From Candidatus Woesebacteria bacterium (GTDB lineage Bacteria; Patescibacteriota; Microgenomatia; UBA1400; UBA12028), in NCBI GenBank assembly GCA_040006915.1, contig JBDTWD010000001.1, positions 98,229 to 162,228 on the forward strand: a stretch of 64,000 nucleotides of DNA, read 5' to 3'. Numbering within the stretch: position 1 is the first letter of the stretch; every line of letters begins with the position of its first letter. The notes beneath the pieces were generated by a model. It ran no database searches. It saw nothing but the letters and a program-made list of their open reading frames with translations, and was not told where the DNA came from. Below are positions 55,084-64,000 of this stretch, piece by piece. The position numbers and the translations under genes were made by a program.

Positions 55084-55515
55084 TTATGCTCTTGTTGGAG
55101 TGAACTCGAAGAGAGAATGGTATACCGCGTTAAATGGGAATTGAGCATCATGGATTAGCGGATTAGCGAAATATTTCCGTCTGCATTCTTTAAGATAGTC
55201 GGCTGACAGCTTTATCCCACCTATTTCCTTTTCGACTCTTTGAAAGCCGCGCAAAGTTGCCACCAATGTGATTACTTCATCTGTAATCTCTGCCCCTTCA
55301 ACCTCTTGGAATGTGGGCAGACCTTGAATGGCTCTAATAAAAGCAGATCCTAAGTACTGAATCAATTGAAGTTCAGCTGGAGAATCAAGCGAGGAAGTTT
55401 CAGATTTCAATTGCCTTGAGAGACCTTTCAAATGTGCAAAAAGACAAGAAGTATAGATTCCGATCATTTCTTCTGGAGAAAATTCAAAGGGAGCAAGTTC
55501 TTGTGAGGGCATCAT
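55084..55515 (-). CDS. hypothetical protein
   Basis: 143-aa ORF. Confidence 0.4.
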   Translation of the reverse strand: MMPSQELAPFEFSPEEMIGIYTSCLFAHLKGLSRQLKSETSSLDSPAELQLIQYLGSAFIRAIQGLPTFQEVEGAEITDEVITLVATLRGFQRVEKEIGGIKLSADYLKECRRKYFANPLIHDAQFPFNAVYHSLFEFTPTRA

Positions 55516-55581
55516 AGGGTGACTTTCTGCTAATTAGTAGGTATAATACTCGAGAAGTATCACTTTTCAATAAGGAATTTT

Positions 55582-56145
55582 ATGGCATTAACTGGCGGCA
55601 ACATCAAAAAAGGCACATATATCATGTTTAAAGGAGAGCCCGTCTTGGTTACCTTTACTGAATTTGTTTCCCCTGGAAAAGGGTCAGCTTTCATGCGGTC
55701 AAAACTCAAGAGTCTGAAGACTGGGAATGTGGTGGAATTTACCTTCAAATCTGTTGAAACTGTTGAGGAAGCAGATGTTGAGACTATCGAAATGCAATAT
55801 CTGTATCAGGATGGCGAAGATTTCGTTTTCATGAATCCTCGTACCTACGATCAGGTGACTGTTCCAGGAACAGTCATGAAAGAGTACGTTCGCTATCTGG
55901 TTGCCGAACAAACAATGTACGTTGTCTTTTTTAATGAAAAAGCTATTGGAATTCGCTTCCCTGGAAAAGTGCCTTTGAAAGTTGATTATGCTGAAGATGC
56001 AGTAGCTGGCAATCGTGTCAATGCGCCAAAGAAAAAAGTCAGATTAGAAACCGGTTATGAAATTGAAGTCCCACTGTTCATCAAAAAAGGTGACACTATT
56101 GCGGTTGATACAACCACAGGCTTATACGTCAGTCGAGGGGAATAG
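55582..56145 (+). CDS. efp: elongation factor P
   Basis: 187 aa with the conserved KPGKGxAFxRxKL loop (SPGKGSAFMRSKL). Confidence 0.9.
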   Translation: MALTGGNIKKGTYIMFKGEPVLVTFTEFVSPGKGSAFMRSKLKSLKTGNVVEFTFKSVETVEEADVETIEMQYLYQDGEDFVFMNPRTYDQVTVPGTVMKEYVRYLVAEQTMYVVFFNEKAIGIRFPGKVPLKVDYAEDAVAGNRVNAPKKKVRLETGYEIEVPLFIKKGDTIAVDTTTGLYVSRGE

Positions 56146-56422
56146 GCTGTCTTGATCGCAGAAGCGTTTTTCTCATGCCTGCAATTTTACTTCTATTTAG
56201 CGGCATGACCTTTGGTTTACTTATTGAACAGACATACTTCATAAACAGATGGTACGCTACAAGGAAATCAGTACGCGAGAGCTTTGGATCATTCAATATG
56301 GATTCAAACTTTGAAATCATTACATCTGGGATAAACGTATCGTAGATCGTTCTCCCTTCCTCGGTTCGACTATTTTTGCGAAAAGTTTCAAACAGACCTT
56401 GAAGGTCCTCTTTGTGATTCAT
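56129..56422 (-). CDS. hypothetical protein
   Basis: 97-aa ORF. Confidence 0.35.
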   Translation of the reverse strand: MNHKEDLQGLFETFRKNSRTEEGRTIYDTFIPDVMISKFESILNDPKLSRTDFLVAYHLFMKYVCSISKPKVMPLNRSKIAGMRKTLLRSRQPIPLD

Positions 56423-56786
56423 ATCCGCAGAGTATACCTCGTTTGGTCAAGAAGAGGAAAAAAAACAATCAGTCTCGGTTTCTTGAACGAAGAATTTTAA
56501 TAGTATACTCTTTGTGTTTGATTGCCTTTCCTACGAGTTCTAGATTCCGTTTTCTCTGTTTGTTTGTTTTATTCTCCCTACGATGCATCCGAAGAATTTG
56601 AAGGAAGTGAATCTTTAATTTGATGAGCTCAGAGTATTCTTTGGCGATTTCGATTCCGTATCTTGGCATCTTTATTTTCAGTATATCGTAAACGGTCAAT
56701 GGATAGCAAAATGCAAGGTTTTTTGTTAGGATAGACGGGTGCGAATATTCCATAGTCTCTTTCACAAGCGTCGACGGCAAGCCACG

Positions 56787-59366
56787 ATGGTTAGTAATGG
56801 CCAGGTGCGTGCCCCATTGCATCACAACTTGCGTTTCCTTAAATTTGTCCGCATTGCATCCATTGCCTGCTTTGCCTGTACTGTGGTTGGAATTATTGGA
56901 TTTTTAATCACTGCAACAGTTATCTCTGCGACTCTTCCCAATCCTCAACAAGTGGTACGTCATGAAGGTTTTTCATCCAAAGTTATGGATCGTGATGGAA
57001 ATTTGCTTTACGACGTGTTTAACGACGAACGCATTGTTCCCGCCAAAGAAGAGGACATTCCCAAGTATCTACGTGAAGCTACAGTAGCGACTGAAGACAA
57101 GGACTTCTACAAACATGGAGGATATGATCCTATCGGTCCATTTCGCATCCTGTATAACGTGATCGTCAATCATCGTTTGATCGGTAGCTCTACTTTGACT
57201 CAACAATTGGTAAAAAATAAGTTATTGACCAATGAGCGAACGATTGTCCGTAAATTCAAAGAACTCCTGCTTTCGATGCAAATCGAACAAGCCTTTAGTA
57301 AAGATCAAATTTTAACGATGTATTTAAATGAAGCTCCGTATGGTGGAAATTCTCGAGGAGTTGGAGCAGCTGCAGAACAATACTTCGGGAAGTCAGTCAA
57401 GGATCTAACTTTGGTAGAGTCTGCGATTTTGGCGGGTCTTCCACAGTTGCCTTCGGTCTACTCACCCTTAACTGGAAAGAAAGATAGTAATGGGGTTGGA
57501 TATTGGGTTGGTCGTACGACCGGAGTTTTACGTCGTATGCGTGAAGATGGGTACATTACTGCTGATCAAGAAAAGTTCGCTTTGGATGAGATGAAAATTA
57601 AAACCTTCCAAAAGCCAGAAATTGCCATCAAAGCCCCTCATTTTGTCTTCTATGTGAAAGATTTGTTGGAGAAAGAATATGGAGACAAAGTGTTAGAGAC
57701 CGGTGGCTTAAAAGTGACGACGACTTTAGATTCACGAGTTCAAACCGATGCGCAAACTATTGTGAAAGAAGAAATAGATAAGGTGAAGAACTTGAAGATT
57801 ACGAATGGTAGTGCCATGGTTATGGATCCCAAAACTGGCGAGATTCTCGCTATGGTTGGAAGTAAGGACTATTTCTCTAAGGACATTGATGGTCAGTATA
57901 ACGTGGCTGTTGATGGATTACGTCAGCCTGGATCATCAATCAAGCCAGTAACGTATCTACTCGCATTGCGCAAAGGCTTTACGCCGTCATCTATGATCGT
58001 TGATGCGCCAACAACCTTCCCTGGTGGAACTGGACAGAAAGATTACGAGCCTAAAAACTACGATGGCAAGTTTAGAGGTCCAGTCCAACTTCGATTTGCA
58101 CTTGGCAGTTCTTTGAACATTCCCGCCGTTAAACTTCTCGCTAAAGTTGGAGTGAAAGATATGTTGGGATTAGCCTACGACATGGGTTTTGATACTCTGG
58201 AGCCAAGCGTGGTCAACCAAAGACGCTTTGGCTTGGCCGTTACTCTAGGAGGTGGAGAAGTGCATTTAATTAACACTGTGACTGCCTACAGTGCCTTCGC
58301 TAATGGAGGGCAAAAAGTTCAGCCGGTAGGAATTTTGAAAATTGAAGACAGTAGCGGAAAAGTACTGTTTGAATATAAACCAACCACTGGGAAACAAGTA
58401 ATGTCAGCGCAGGAAGCATTCTTGATGGATCATATGCTTTCGGATAACAATGCTCGCTTGCTTTCATTTGGAGCCAATACTCAATTAAATTATGGCCAAC
58501 GTGCAGTGGCTGTCAAAACTGGAACGACAAATAACCAAGTTGATAACTGGACGATTGGATGGACCCGTAATGCGATTATTGGGGTTTGGGTAGGAAATAA
58601 CGATAACAGTCCAATGAAGTCCGTGGCTTCAGGTTTAACTGGGGCCTCGCCGATTTGGAGACGATTGATGGATTCAACTATTGCGAAGGGATACAAAGAT
58701 GAAGCTTGGCCAATTCCGGAAGGAGTAGAAGCGAAACAAGTCGATACTGTATCAGGGTATCCTGAACATGATGGCTTCCCTTCACGGGCTGAATATACAA
58801 TTAATGGCACTCTACCGAACTTGCCAGATCCGATTCACACCAAGCTGAAGCTTTGCCGCGGGCAAAACAAATTAGCTTCGGAGGCAGATTTAGCCAAAAA
58901 CGAGTTCGATGAAAAAGAATTTATTACTTTAAAAGAAGATGATCCGGTGAGCACAGATGGAAAGAACCGTTGGCAGGAAGGGATAGATTCCTGGATAGGT
59001 GGTCAATCAGATACCCGCTATCACCCACCGACAGAGAACTGTGATAGTTCTAATGATATTTTTATTACCTTTGATCCTGGATTAGATCACCAGAACATCT
59101 CTGGAAATGAAGTAGAGTTGAATGTGAAAGTGGCTACCGACGGTGATATCGATCGAGTAGAGATAAACGTCAATGATGTAGTAAAAACAACTTTACGTGA
59201 TCGACCGTATAAAACCAAACTGGTATTGGATCCTGGTCAATACAAAATCTATGCCAGAGCCTATCGTAAAGATGGGAAAATCGGAACCACAGGAGATCAA
59301 CACATTGGTATGGGAGGAGTCGCTTGGGACGCATCAGCCTCCCCGAGTCCAAGCCCTACTCCGTAA
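56787..59366 (+). CDS. class A penicillin-binding protein (transglycosylase + transpeptidase, PBP1a type)
   Basis: TM anchor, GT51 motifs (EDKDFYKHGGYD, RKFKELLL) and transpeptidase motifs (SSIKP, SLN, KTGT). Start uncertain: the track uses GTG 56739; the ATG at 56787 is preferred. Confidence 0.8.
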   Translation: MVSNGQVRAPLHHNLRFLKFVRIASIACFACTVVGIIGFLITATVISATLPNPQQVVRHEGFSSKVMDRDGNLLYDVFNDERIVPAKEEDIPKYLREATVATEDKDFYKHGGYDPIGPFRILYNVIVNHRLIGSSTLTQQLVKNKLLTNERTIVRKFKELLLSMQIEQAFSKDQILTMYLNEAPYGGNSRGVGAAAEQYFGKSVKDLTLVESAILAGLPQLPSVYSPLTGKKDSNGVGYWVGRTTGVLRRMREDGYITADQEKFALDEMKIKTFQKPEIAIKAPHFVFYVKDLLEKEYGDKVLETGGLKVTTTLDSRVQTDAQTIVKEEIDKVKNLKITNGSAMVMDPKTGEILAMVGSKDYFSKDIDGQYNVAVDGLRQPGSSIKPVTYLLALRKGFTPSSMIVDAPTTFPGGTGQKDYEPKNYDGKFRGPVQLRFALGSSLNIPAVKLLAKVGVKDMLGLAYDMGFDTLEPSVVNQRRFGLAVTLGGGEVHLINTVTAYSAFANGGQKVQPVGILKIEDSSGKVLFEYKPTTGKQVMSAQEAFLMDHMLSDNNARLLSFGANTQLNYGQRAVAVKTGTTNNQVDNWTIGWTRNAIIGVWVGNNDNSPMKSVASGLTGASPIWRRLMDSTIAKGYKDEAWPIPEGVEAKQVDTVSGYPEHDGFPSRAEYTINGTLPNLPDPIHTKLKLCRGQNKLASEADLAKNEFDEKEFITLKEDDPVSTDGKNRWQEGIDSWIGGQSDTRYHPPTENCDSSNDIFITFDPGLDHQNISGNEVELNVKVATDGDIDRVEINVNDVVKTTLRDRPYKTKLVLDPGQYKIYARAYRKDGKIGTTGDQHIGMGGVAWDASASPSPSPTP

Positions 59367-59379
59367 ATTCGAAGGGACG

Positions 59380-59577
59380 TTACTCTTTTTTTGAAACACC
59401 TTGATTGGCAATATTATCTGCAGCCGTATCCAAATCTCTTTTCGCTTTGAAAAGATCTTCTTTGAGTTGGCCAAAGCCAAGCAGTTTCCCCTCTTTTTGT
59501 TTTTCCTGAATCGTAGCTTCTATCTCATCTACCCTCTGTTTTTTTGTACGAAATTCTTCAATAAGAGATTTATCCAT
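59380..59577 (-). CDS. small coiled-coil protein (possible)
   Basis: 65-aa ORF downstream of rplT. Confidence 0.3.
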   Translation of the reverse strand: MDKSLIEEFRTKKQRVDEIEATIQEKQKEGKLLGFGQLKEDLFKAKRDLDTAADNIANQGVSKKE

Positions 59578-59739
59578 AGAAAACCAGTTTATAGAGAAAT
59601 TGTTCAGACTGCAATATTGCGTTGGAAATTTACCTGTAAGGAAAGCGCTTATACGATTCTTCTTGATATACCACGGACTTTTCTCGAACTAAATCAAGGT
59701 GGTGTACAAAAGATCTAATAACTGATCAAATGGAAAAAA

Positions 59740-60093
59740 TTAGGCAGTAACGTGTTTGACAATGGCGGCGAAGGTTTTCTCATCCTTCAACGCAATGTCT
59801 GCCAAGACTTTGCGGTCCAAAAGCACGTTAGCTTTTTTGAGCTGGTCGATAAAGACACTATATCGTAGAGTTTCATCAATAGCTTTGAGTGCTGCGTTCA
59901 AACGAACGATCCAGAGTCTGCGGAAGTCTCGCTTACGGAGTCGTCGACCCGCGTACGCGTATTGACCAGCATGTAAATCTGCTTCAATAGCGACGTGAAT
60001 CAATCGATTCTTCGTCATGCGAAAGCCTTTGGTGCGAGCCAAGACTTTTTTGTGTGATTTGCGTCGAGCAAATCCGGTTTTTGTACGTGCCAT
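59740..60093 (-). CDS. rplT: 50S ribosomal protein L20
   Basis: MARTKTGFARRKSHKKVLARTKGF... Confidence 0.9.
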   Translation of the reverse strand: MARTKTGFARRKSHKKVLARTKGFRMTKNRLIHVAIEADLHAGQYAYAGRRLRKRDFRRLWIVRLNAALKAIDETLRYSVFIDQLKKANVLLDRKVLADIALKDEKTFAAIVKHVTA

Positions 60094-60106
60094 ATATTCC
60101 TTCTAT

Positions 60107-60322
60107 TTATGCGAGTCCAAGCATTCGTCGAATTTTGCGAGCCATAGCTCCTTTGACTTCTACTGGTACTCGGTATTTACGAATTGCCTTTTTACTTTTA
60201 TTGGTACGCAAGTGTCGACTGTTTTGTCGGCGGCGCATGATCTTTCCTGTAGCCGTAACAGTAAATCGTTTGGCGACGATTTTACGAGTCTTGGTCTTTA
60301 AGTTTGGTTTCAGTTTTGGCAT
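60107..60322 (-). CDS. rpmI: 50S ribosomal protein L35
   Basis: MPKLKPNLKTKTRKIVAKRF... Confidence 0.9.
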   Translation of the reverse strand: MPKLKPNLKTKTRKIVAKRFTVTATGKIMRRRQNSRHLRTNKSKKAIRKYRVPVEVKGAMARKIRRMLGLA

Positions 60323-60327
60323 AGAAT

Positions 60328-60873
60328 TTAGTTCTCCTCTGTTTCCTCAGTCTTTTTCTTCTTTACCGGGGAAAGTTGCATAAATGCATTTTTTCCGACC
60401 AGTCTTGGTCCCATCTCAACTTTACTAATATCATCCAGAAGATCGATGGCTTTGGTGAAGATTGCATCTCCAAAGTCTTTCTTCGTAATTTCTCGACCTT
60501 TGTATTTTACAACCAGTTTCACTTTATCGCCACCCTCCAAATATTCTCGGGCTTTTTTGACTCTCATGTCGAAATCGCCTTTGGCAATAAAGGGAGTAAA
60601 CCAGATTTCCTTTAGCTCTATGGTCTTGCTTCTTTTCTTGTCATCTTGTTGCTTCTGCTGCAACTGATACTTAAACTTGGCAAAATTGATAATCTTTGCA
60701 ACCGGAGGAACAGCGCTAGGAGCCACTTCCACAACGTCCAAATCAAGCTCATTTGCTTTTGCCAAAGCTTCTGCCTTGGTCATGACGCCTAATTGTTTTC
60801 CGAACTCGTCTAGAACTCGAAGGCTCGGCGCCTGGATGAATTGATTGATTTTGAAAAATACCTTTTTTGCCAT
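60328..60873 (-). CDS. infC: translation initiation factor IF-3
   Basis: INQFIQAPSLRVLDEFGKQLGV...VAKIINFAKFKY. The open frame extends to 60891, but the ATG at 60871-60873 (MAKK...) is preferred. Confidence 0.85.
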   Translation of the reverse strand: MAKKVFFKINQFIQAPSLRVLDEFGKQLGVMTKAEALAKANELDLDVVEVAPSAVPPVAKIINFAKFKYQLQQKQQDDKKRSKTIELKEIWFTPFIAKGDFDMRVKKAREYLEGGDKVKLVVKYKGREITKKDFGDAIFTKAIDLLDDISKVEMGPRLVGKNAFMQLSPVKKKKTEETEEN

Positions 60874-61156
60874 TATGACGTAGTATAGCAAAACTCTCGA
60901 CTAAAATACAGGCCCAGAGATAGGTTACGAGGATATAGCCCATTGTCAGTTCCGCAGGTCCTACTTTATTCGACGTTCCTTGTAGGCTTGAAGATTTTGA
61001 AACTAAGACGATTAATGGTTCAATTCCCCGGCGAACCCAGAGCGGTGAGGTCGAAGAAAAGTAAACGATGGCCAAAAGATAGGGAATCATAAATACTCCC
61101 CAAACAATCATTTTGGCCTGGTTTACACGCAAATACGAGCGAAACCGCTTGATCAT
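60749..61156 (-). CDS. possible small membrane protein (doubtful; overlaps the infC 5' end)
   Basis: The 135-aa ORF has an N-terminal TM helix, but its 3' part overlaps infC. Confidence 0.2.
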   Translation of the reverse strand: MIKRFRSYLRVNQAKMIVWGVFMIPYLLAIVYFSSTSPLWVRRGIEPLIVLVSKSSSLQGTSNKVGPAELTMGYILVTYLWACILVESFAILRHNGKKGIFQNQSIHPGAEPSSSRRVRKTIRRHDQGRSFGKSK

Positions 61157-61172
61157 ATACCTTCAGTATACG

Positions 61173-62933
61173 CTACACTTCTCTTGATCTGGTATCGATC
61201 TTTTTCATCAGTTCTTTGGTAAACTCGCCGACCGTCCAAACTCCACGATTTTTGTTCCCTCGGGCTCGTACTGAGACTTGCTCCCCCTCCTCTTCCCGTT
61301 TGCCGACCACCAACATGTAGGGAATCTTTTCTCCTTCAGCTTTGCGAATCTTGTTTTGCATACTCTCTGCCTCATCCCAATTTTCCGCTCTGATACCATC
61401 TGCCTGTAAGGTAGCCACTACTTTGGCTGCGTAGGCAGCTTGATCCTGAGAGATGGGAATAACGACAGCTTGCACTGGCGAGAGCCAAAGTGGGAAAGCT
61501 CCAGCAAAATGCTCAATTAGAAAGGCCATGAAACGCTCATGAACAGAGAGTGGGGCTCGATGAATGACGAATACGTCGCCATTTTCTTTGCCTTTTTCAT
61601 CGGTGTAGTGTAATCCAAAGCGTTTTTTTGCCGCAAAATCGAGTTGGATGGTAGACATTGTTTCTTCTCGTCCGATGACCGATTTAAATTGCACATCTAC
61701 TTTTGGCCCATAAAAAGCGGCTTCGTCATCGACTTCGACAAACTTGACGCCAAGCTTTTCCAGCACTTCCCGTAAAACACTTTCTGAGAATTTCCAGTTT
61801 TCTGGCTCGTCGATGTATTTTTCGGTGTGTTTAGGATCCCACTTTGAGAGTCTAAACCAGTAGTCTTTCAAGCCAAAGATTTCAAAATATTCCATCGTGA
61901 GTTTTAAAACTCCGGTAAACTCGTCTTTGATCTGCTCTTTGGTACAGTACATGTGTGCATCATTCATGGTCATTCCACGAACGCGTAAAAGCCCTGCCAG
62001 AGTCCCAGAGAGCTCGTTACGATAACATGTGCCATACTCAGCTAGACGCAGTGGCAGTTCTTTGTAGCTTCGCGGACGAAACTGGAAAATACGATGATGA
62101 TGCGGACAGTTCATTGCCTTGAGATAGTACGTCCCATCATCCATGACCATCGGTGGATACATACTGTCTTTATAGTACGGAAGATGTCCAGACGTTAAAA
62201 ATAGTTCTTCCTTGGCAATGTGAGGAGTTGCAACTCGGAGATATCCAGCTGCAGCTTCTTTTTCTTTGGCAAGCTTTTCGACTTGATCACGCAAAATGGT
62301 TCCTTTAGGAAGCCACATGACAAGGCCTTTGCCGACCATATCATCAATAAAGAAGAGTTCGAGTTCTTTCCCGAGTTTTCGGTGATCTCGCTTTTTGGCT
62401 TCCTCAAGCTGTAACAAATGTGCCTCAAGTTCATCTTTGGTGGCAAAGGCAGTTCCGTAAATGCGCGTGAGCATGGGATTCTTTTCGTTCCCTCTCCAGT
62501 ACGCACCAGCGATTTTGAGCAACTTAAAGTGTTTTAACTCGCTGTTTGGATGTTGAACATGACCACCTCGACACAGATCCCAATACTCCCCAGATTTATA
62601 AAAGGTAAGTGTCTGTCCCTCTCCAGAGAACTCATCAATGAGTTCATGTTTATACTGGTTGTCCGGATATTCTTTTCTCGCCTCTTCTGGAGAAAGTTCG
62701 CTGCGTTCAAAACCTTTCCAGGATTTAGCTATTTCTTTCATCTTGGCTTCGATCGCTGGAAAGTCACTCTCAGAGATTGGTTTTGAAAATTCAAAATCAA
62801 AATAGAATCCATTTTCAATTGAGGGACCGATAGTACGTTTGGTATCAGGCCAAAGCTCCATAACGGCCGCAGCCAGCAGGTGCGCTGTACTGTGGCGAAG
62901 ATCATTTAAATATTCAGGTGATTGTTTGTTCAT
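61173..62933 (-). CDS. thrS: threonyl-tRNA synthetase
   Basis: 586 aa with class II aaRS motifs and a C-terminal anticodon-binding domain. Classical thrS-infC-rpmI-rplT order. Confidence 0.9.
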   Translation of the reverse strand: MNKQSPEYLNDLRHSTAHLLAAAVMELWPDTKRTIGPSIENGFYFDFEFSKPISESDFPAIEAKMKEIAKSWKGFERSELSPEEARKEYPDNQYKHELIDEFSGEGQTLTFYKSGEYWDLCRGGHVQHPNSELKHFKLLKIAGAYWRGNEKNPMLTRIYGTAFATKDELEAHLLQLEEAKKRDHRKLGKELELFFIDDMVGKGLVMWLPKGTILRDQVEKLAKEKEAAAGYLRVATPHIAKEELFLTSGHLPYYKDSMYPPMVMDDGTYYLKAMNCPHHHRIFQFRPRSYKELPLRLAEYGTCYRNELSGTLAGLLRVRGMTMNDAHMYCTKEQIKDEFTGVLKLTMEYFEIFGLKDYWFRLSKWDPKHTEKYIDEPENWKFSESVLREVLEKLGVKFVEVDDEAAFYGPKVDVQFKSVIGREETMSTIQLDFAAKKRFGLHYTDEKGKENGDVFVIHRAPLSVHERFMAFLIEHFAGAFPLWLSPVQAVVIPISQDQAAYAAKVVATLQADGIRAENWDEAESMQNKIRKAEGEKIPYMLVVGKREEEGEQVSVRARGNKNRGVWTVGEFTKELMKKIDTRSREV

Positions 62934-62966
62934 ATTGTAATAATAATAAAGGATACGTGTACAAGT

Positions 62967-63251
62967 TTATTTTTCTGGGAGAGGTGTAGACATCAGTCTC
63001 GTTCTCTCCAAGGTAGTACTGATAGTAGTCAGTATAGAATCAACTCTGGGGCTAATAAAGCCGGCAATAATGACTGTTACCGTAAAGCCGACCAGTACTG
63101 TAGCTAAACTCTCTCCCAATCCAGATACAAAGCCAGCAAAAAATTGACGCCTGGCAATCTCTTTATAGCTGACTGCAAAAACACTGGGCGTTTCGGTATA
63201 TAGTTTATTTTCAACCTTTTTTGTCTTTTTCATACAAAAAAAACCACTCAT
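62967..63251 (-). CDS. small membrane protein (paralog of 63387..63743)
   Basis: 94 aa; the FFAGFVSGLGESLATVLVG... TM region is shared with its neighbour. Confidence 0.4.
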   Translation of the reverse strand: MSGFFCMKKTKKVENKLYTETPSVFAVSYKEIARRQFFAGFVSGLGESLATVLVGFTVTVIIAGFISPRVDSILTTISTTLERTRLMSTPLPEK

Positions 63252-63386
63252 ATGTCTTTTGTTCCAAACGTTCCAACAAAAGATCTGGTGGTCTTATATC
63301 CTCCCGTTCTCAGGGATCAGAGTCTTGTTGCGCCGATTGGTGAAGTCGACCAAGAATATGTAACTGCGTGTAGTATATCACCTCTT

Positions 63387-63743
63387 TTATTGCTGTTGAA
63401 GCGATCGCTGTACTTGCTGAAGTAGTTCAGCCGGGATGGCTATCGTTCCCCCAGTTGTAGCAGCTTTTGATCCGGACTGCGGTACCATCAAATTTGTTGA
63501 GCTTGGAGCTCCTGTTCCTTGGATCTTTTCTAGGCTTTTCATAAGACCTTCTGCCTGAGTCAGCATACCGGAGATTTGAGGAAGAACAATGTTGACGACG
63601 AGAACGTATATGAGTACCCAAGAAATTAAAGTGACTACCAGTCCTCCTAATCCCTGCATCATGCCGGCAAAAAAATGCTTGATTGCCACTTCACCAAGCG
63701 GAGCATCGTACATAGACCGCGGACCTTTTGAAGTATCACTCAT
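63387..63743 (-). CDS. small membrane protein (paralog of 62967..63251)
   Basis: 118 aa with FFAGMMQGLGGLVVTLISWVL... Confidence 0.4.
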   Translation of the reverse strand: MSDTSKGPRSMYDAPLGEVAIKHFFAGMMQGLGGLVVTLISWVLIYVLVVNIVLPQISGMLTQAEGLMKSLEKIQGTGAPSSTNLMVPQSGSKAATTGGTIAIPAELLQQVQRSLQQQ

Positions 63744-63782
63744 GGTTTCTACTATGCGGGAAGATTTCTAAAGTATCAAGTG

Positions 63783-63856
63783 TGGGCCCGACAGGGCTCG
63801 AACCTGTGACCTTTACAATGTCAATGTAACGCTCTAGCCAACTGAGCTACGAGCCC
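63783..63856 (-). tRNA. tRNA-Val (anticodon GAC)
   Basis: The reverse complement folds as a cloverleaf. Acceptor GGGCTCG/CGGGCCC, D-arm GCTC-AGTTGGCTA-GAGC, anticodon loop TTGACAT, T-arm CAGGTTCGAGCCCTG, discriminator A. No encoded CCA. Confidence 0.8.
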
Positions 63857-64000
63857 ACGTGTGTGAAAGGAGATTATATCAGACTGATTCCTCTATAAGG
63901 AGAGCGATATTTGTTCACAGTACTTCGTATTAGATAGAGGGAGTTGGTTCTGTTGCCGCAGGATCCCAACTTTTTTGCGAATTACTCGACAATGGTTATC

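Overview
This 64-kb window comes from a low-GC bacterial chromosome with compact, operon-rich gene order. It has four parts.

- **Left edge (1–2.8 kb):** a small-molecule modification cluster on the minus strand: a partial SAM methyltransferase, a NodU/CmcH-type carbamoyltransferase and a P-loop kinase-like protein.
- **Cassette array (2.9–12.7 kb), the most unusual region.**
  - At least 11 copies of a conserved ~35–48-nt repeat sit directly on or just after the stop codons of successive 1–2-gene units.
  - The coding-strand consensus is roughly ATAGGTTCTGACGTCCTCCACTAAGCCCTGCAAA, and extended copies add a tRNA T-arm-like TAGGTTCGA segment.
  - The units form two convergent blocks, with genes on + at 3.1–6.6 kb and on - at 7.3–12.7 kb.
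  - Cargo includes TspO, a cupin, BrnT/BrnA, a RelE/RHH pair, a second overlapping two-gene pair, and a HepT C-terminal fragment.
  - It also includes an HNH-motif protein, a kinase-like protein, a zincin-like protein and DinB.
  - This looks like an integron/CALIN-like cassette array, but no integrase is in the window.
- **Plasmid/ICE-like module (12.7–26.5 kb).**
  - Genes: a DUF2958-like protein, a 660-aa hypothetical protein, a class-II Fic protein fused to a MerR-type HTH, and a replication-relaxation-family protein.
  - Further genes: a TraG/VirD4-like coupling ATPase, a RecB-like nuclease-domain protein and a PIF1/RecD-family helicase.
  - Fic is flanked by direct repeats that are remnants of the replication-relaxation gene's 3' end.
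  - A 26-nt perfect palindrome plus a tetraloop hairpin is a candidate oriT or operator.
- **Housekeeping region (26.5–64 kb).**
  - Envelope and membrane genes, zwf and a short 6PGDH, NUDIX hydrolases, a SagB-type nitroreductase and a cytochrome b5-like protein.
  - An ATP-grasp Ddl-like ligase.
  - Two paralogous secreted His-motif proteins flank a GNAT gene; one paralog carries dockerin-like repeats.
  - A hisG-C-D-B-I-E-hisS operon lies behind a candidate His-codon leader-peptide attenuator.
  - Also present are a thermonuclease, epmA-efp, a class A PBP, the thrS-infC-rpmI-rplT operon and tRNA-Val(GAC).

All calls rest on motif reading of the supplied ORF translations and on the raw sequence; no database searches were possible.
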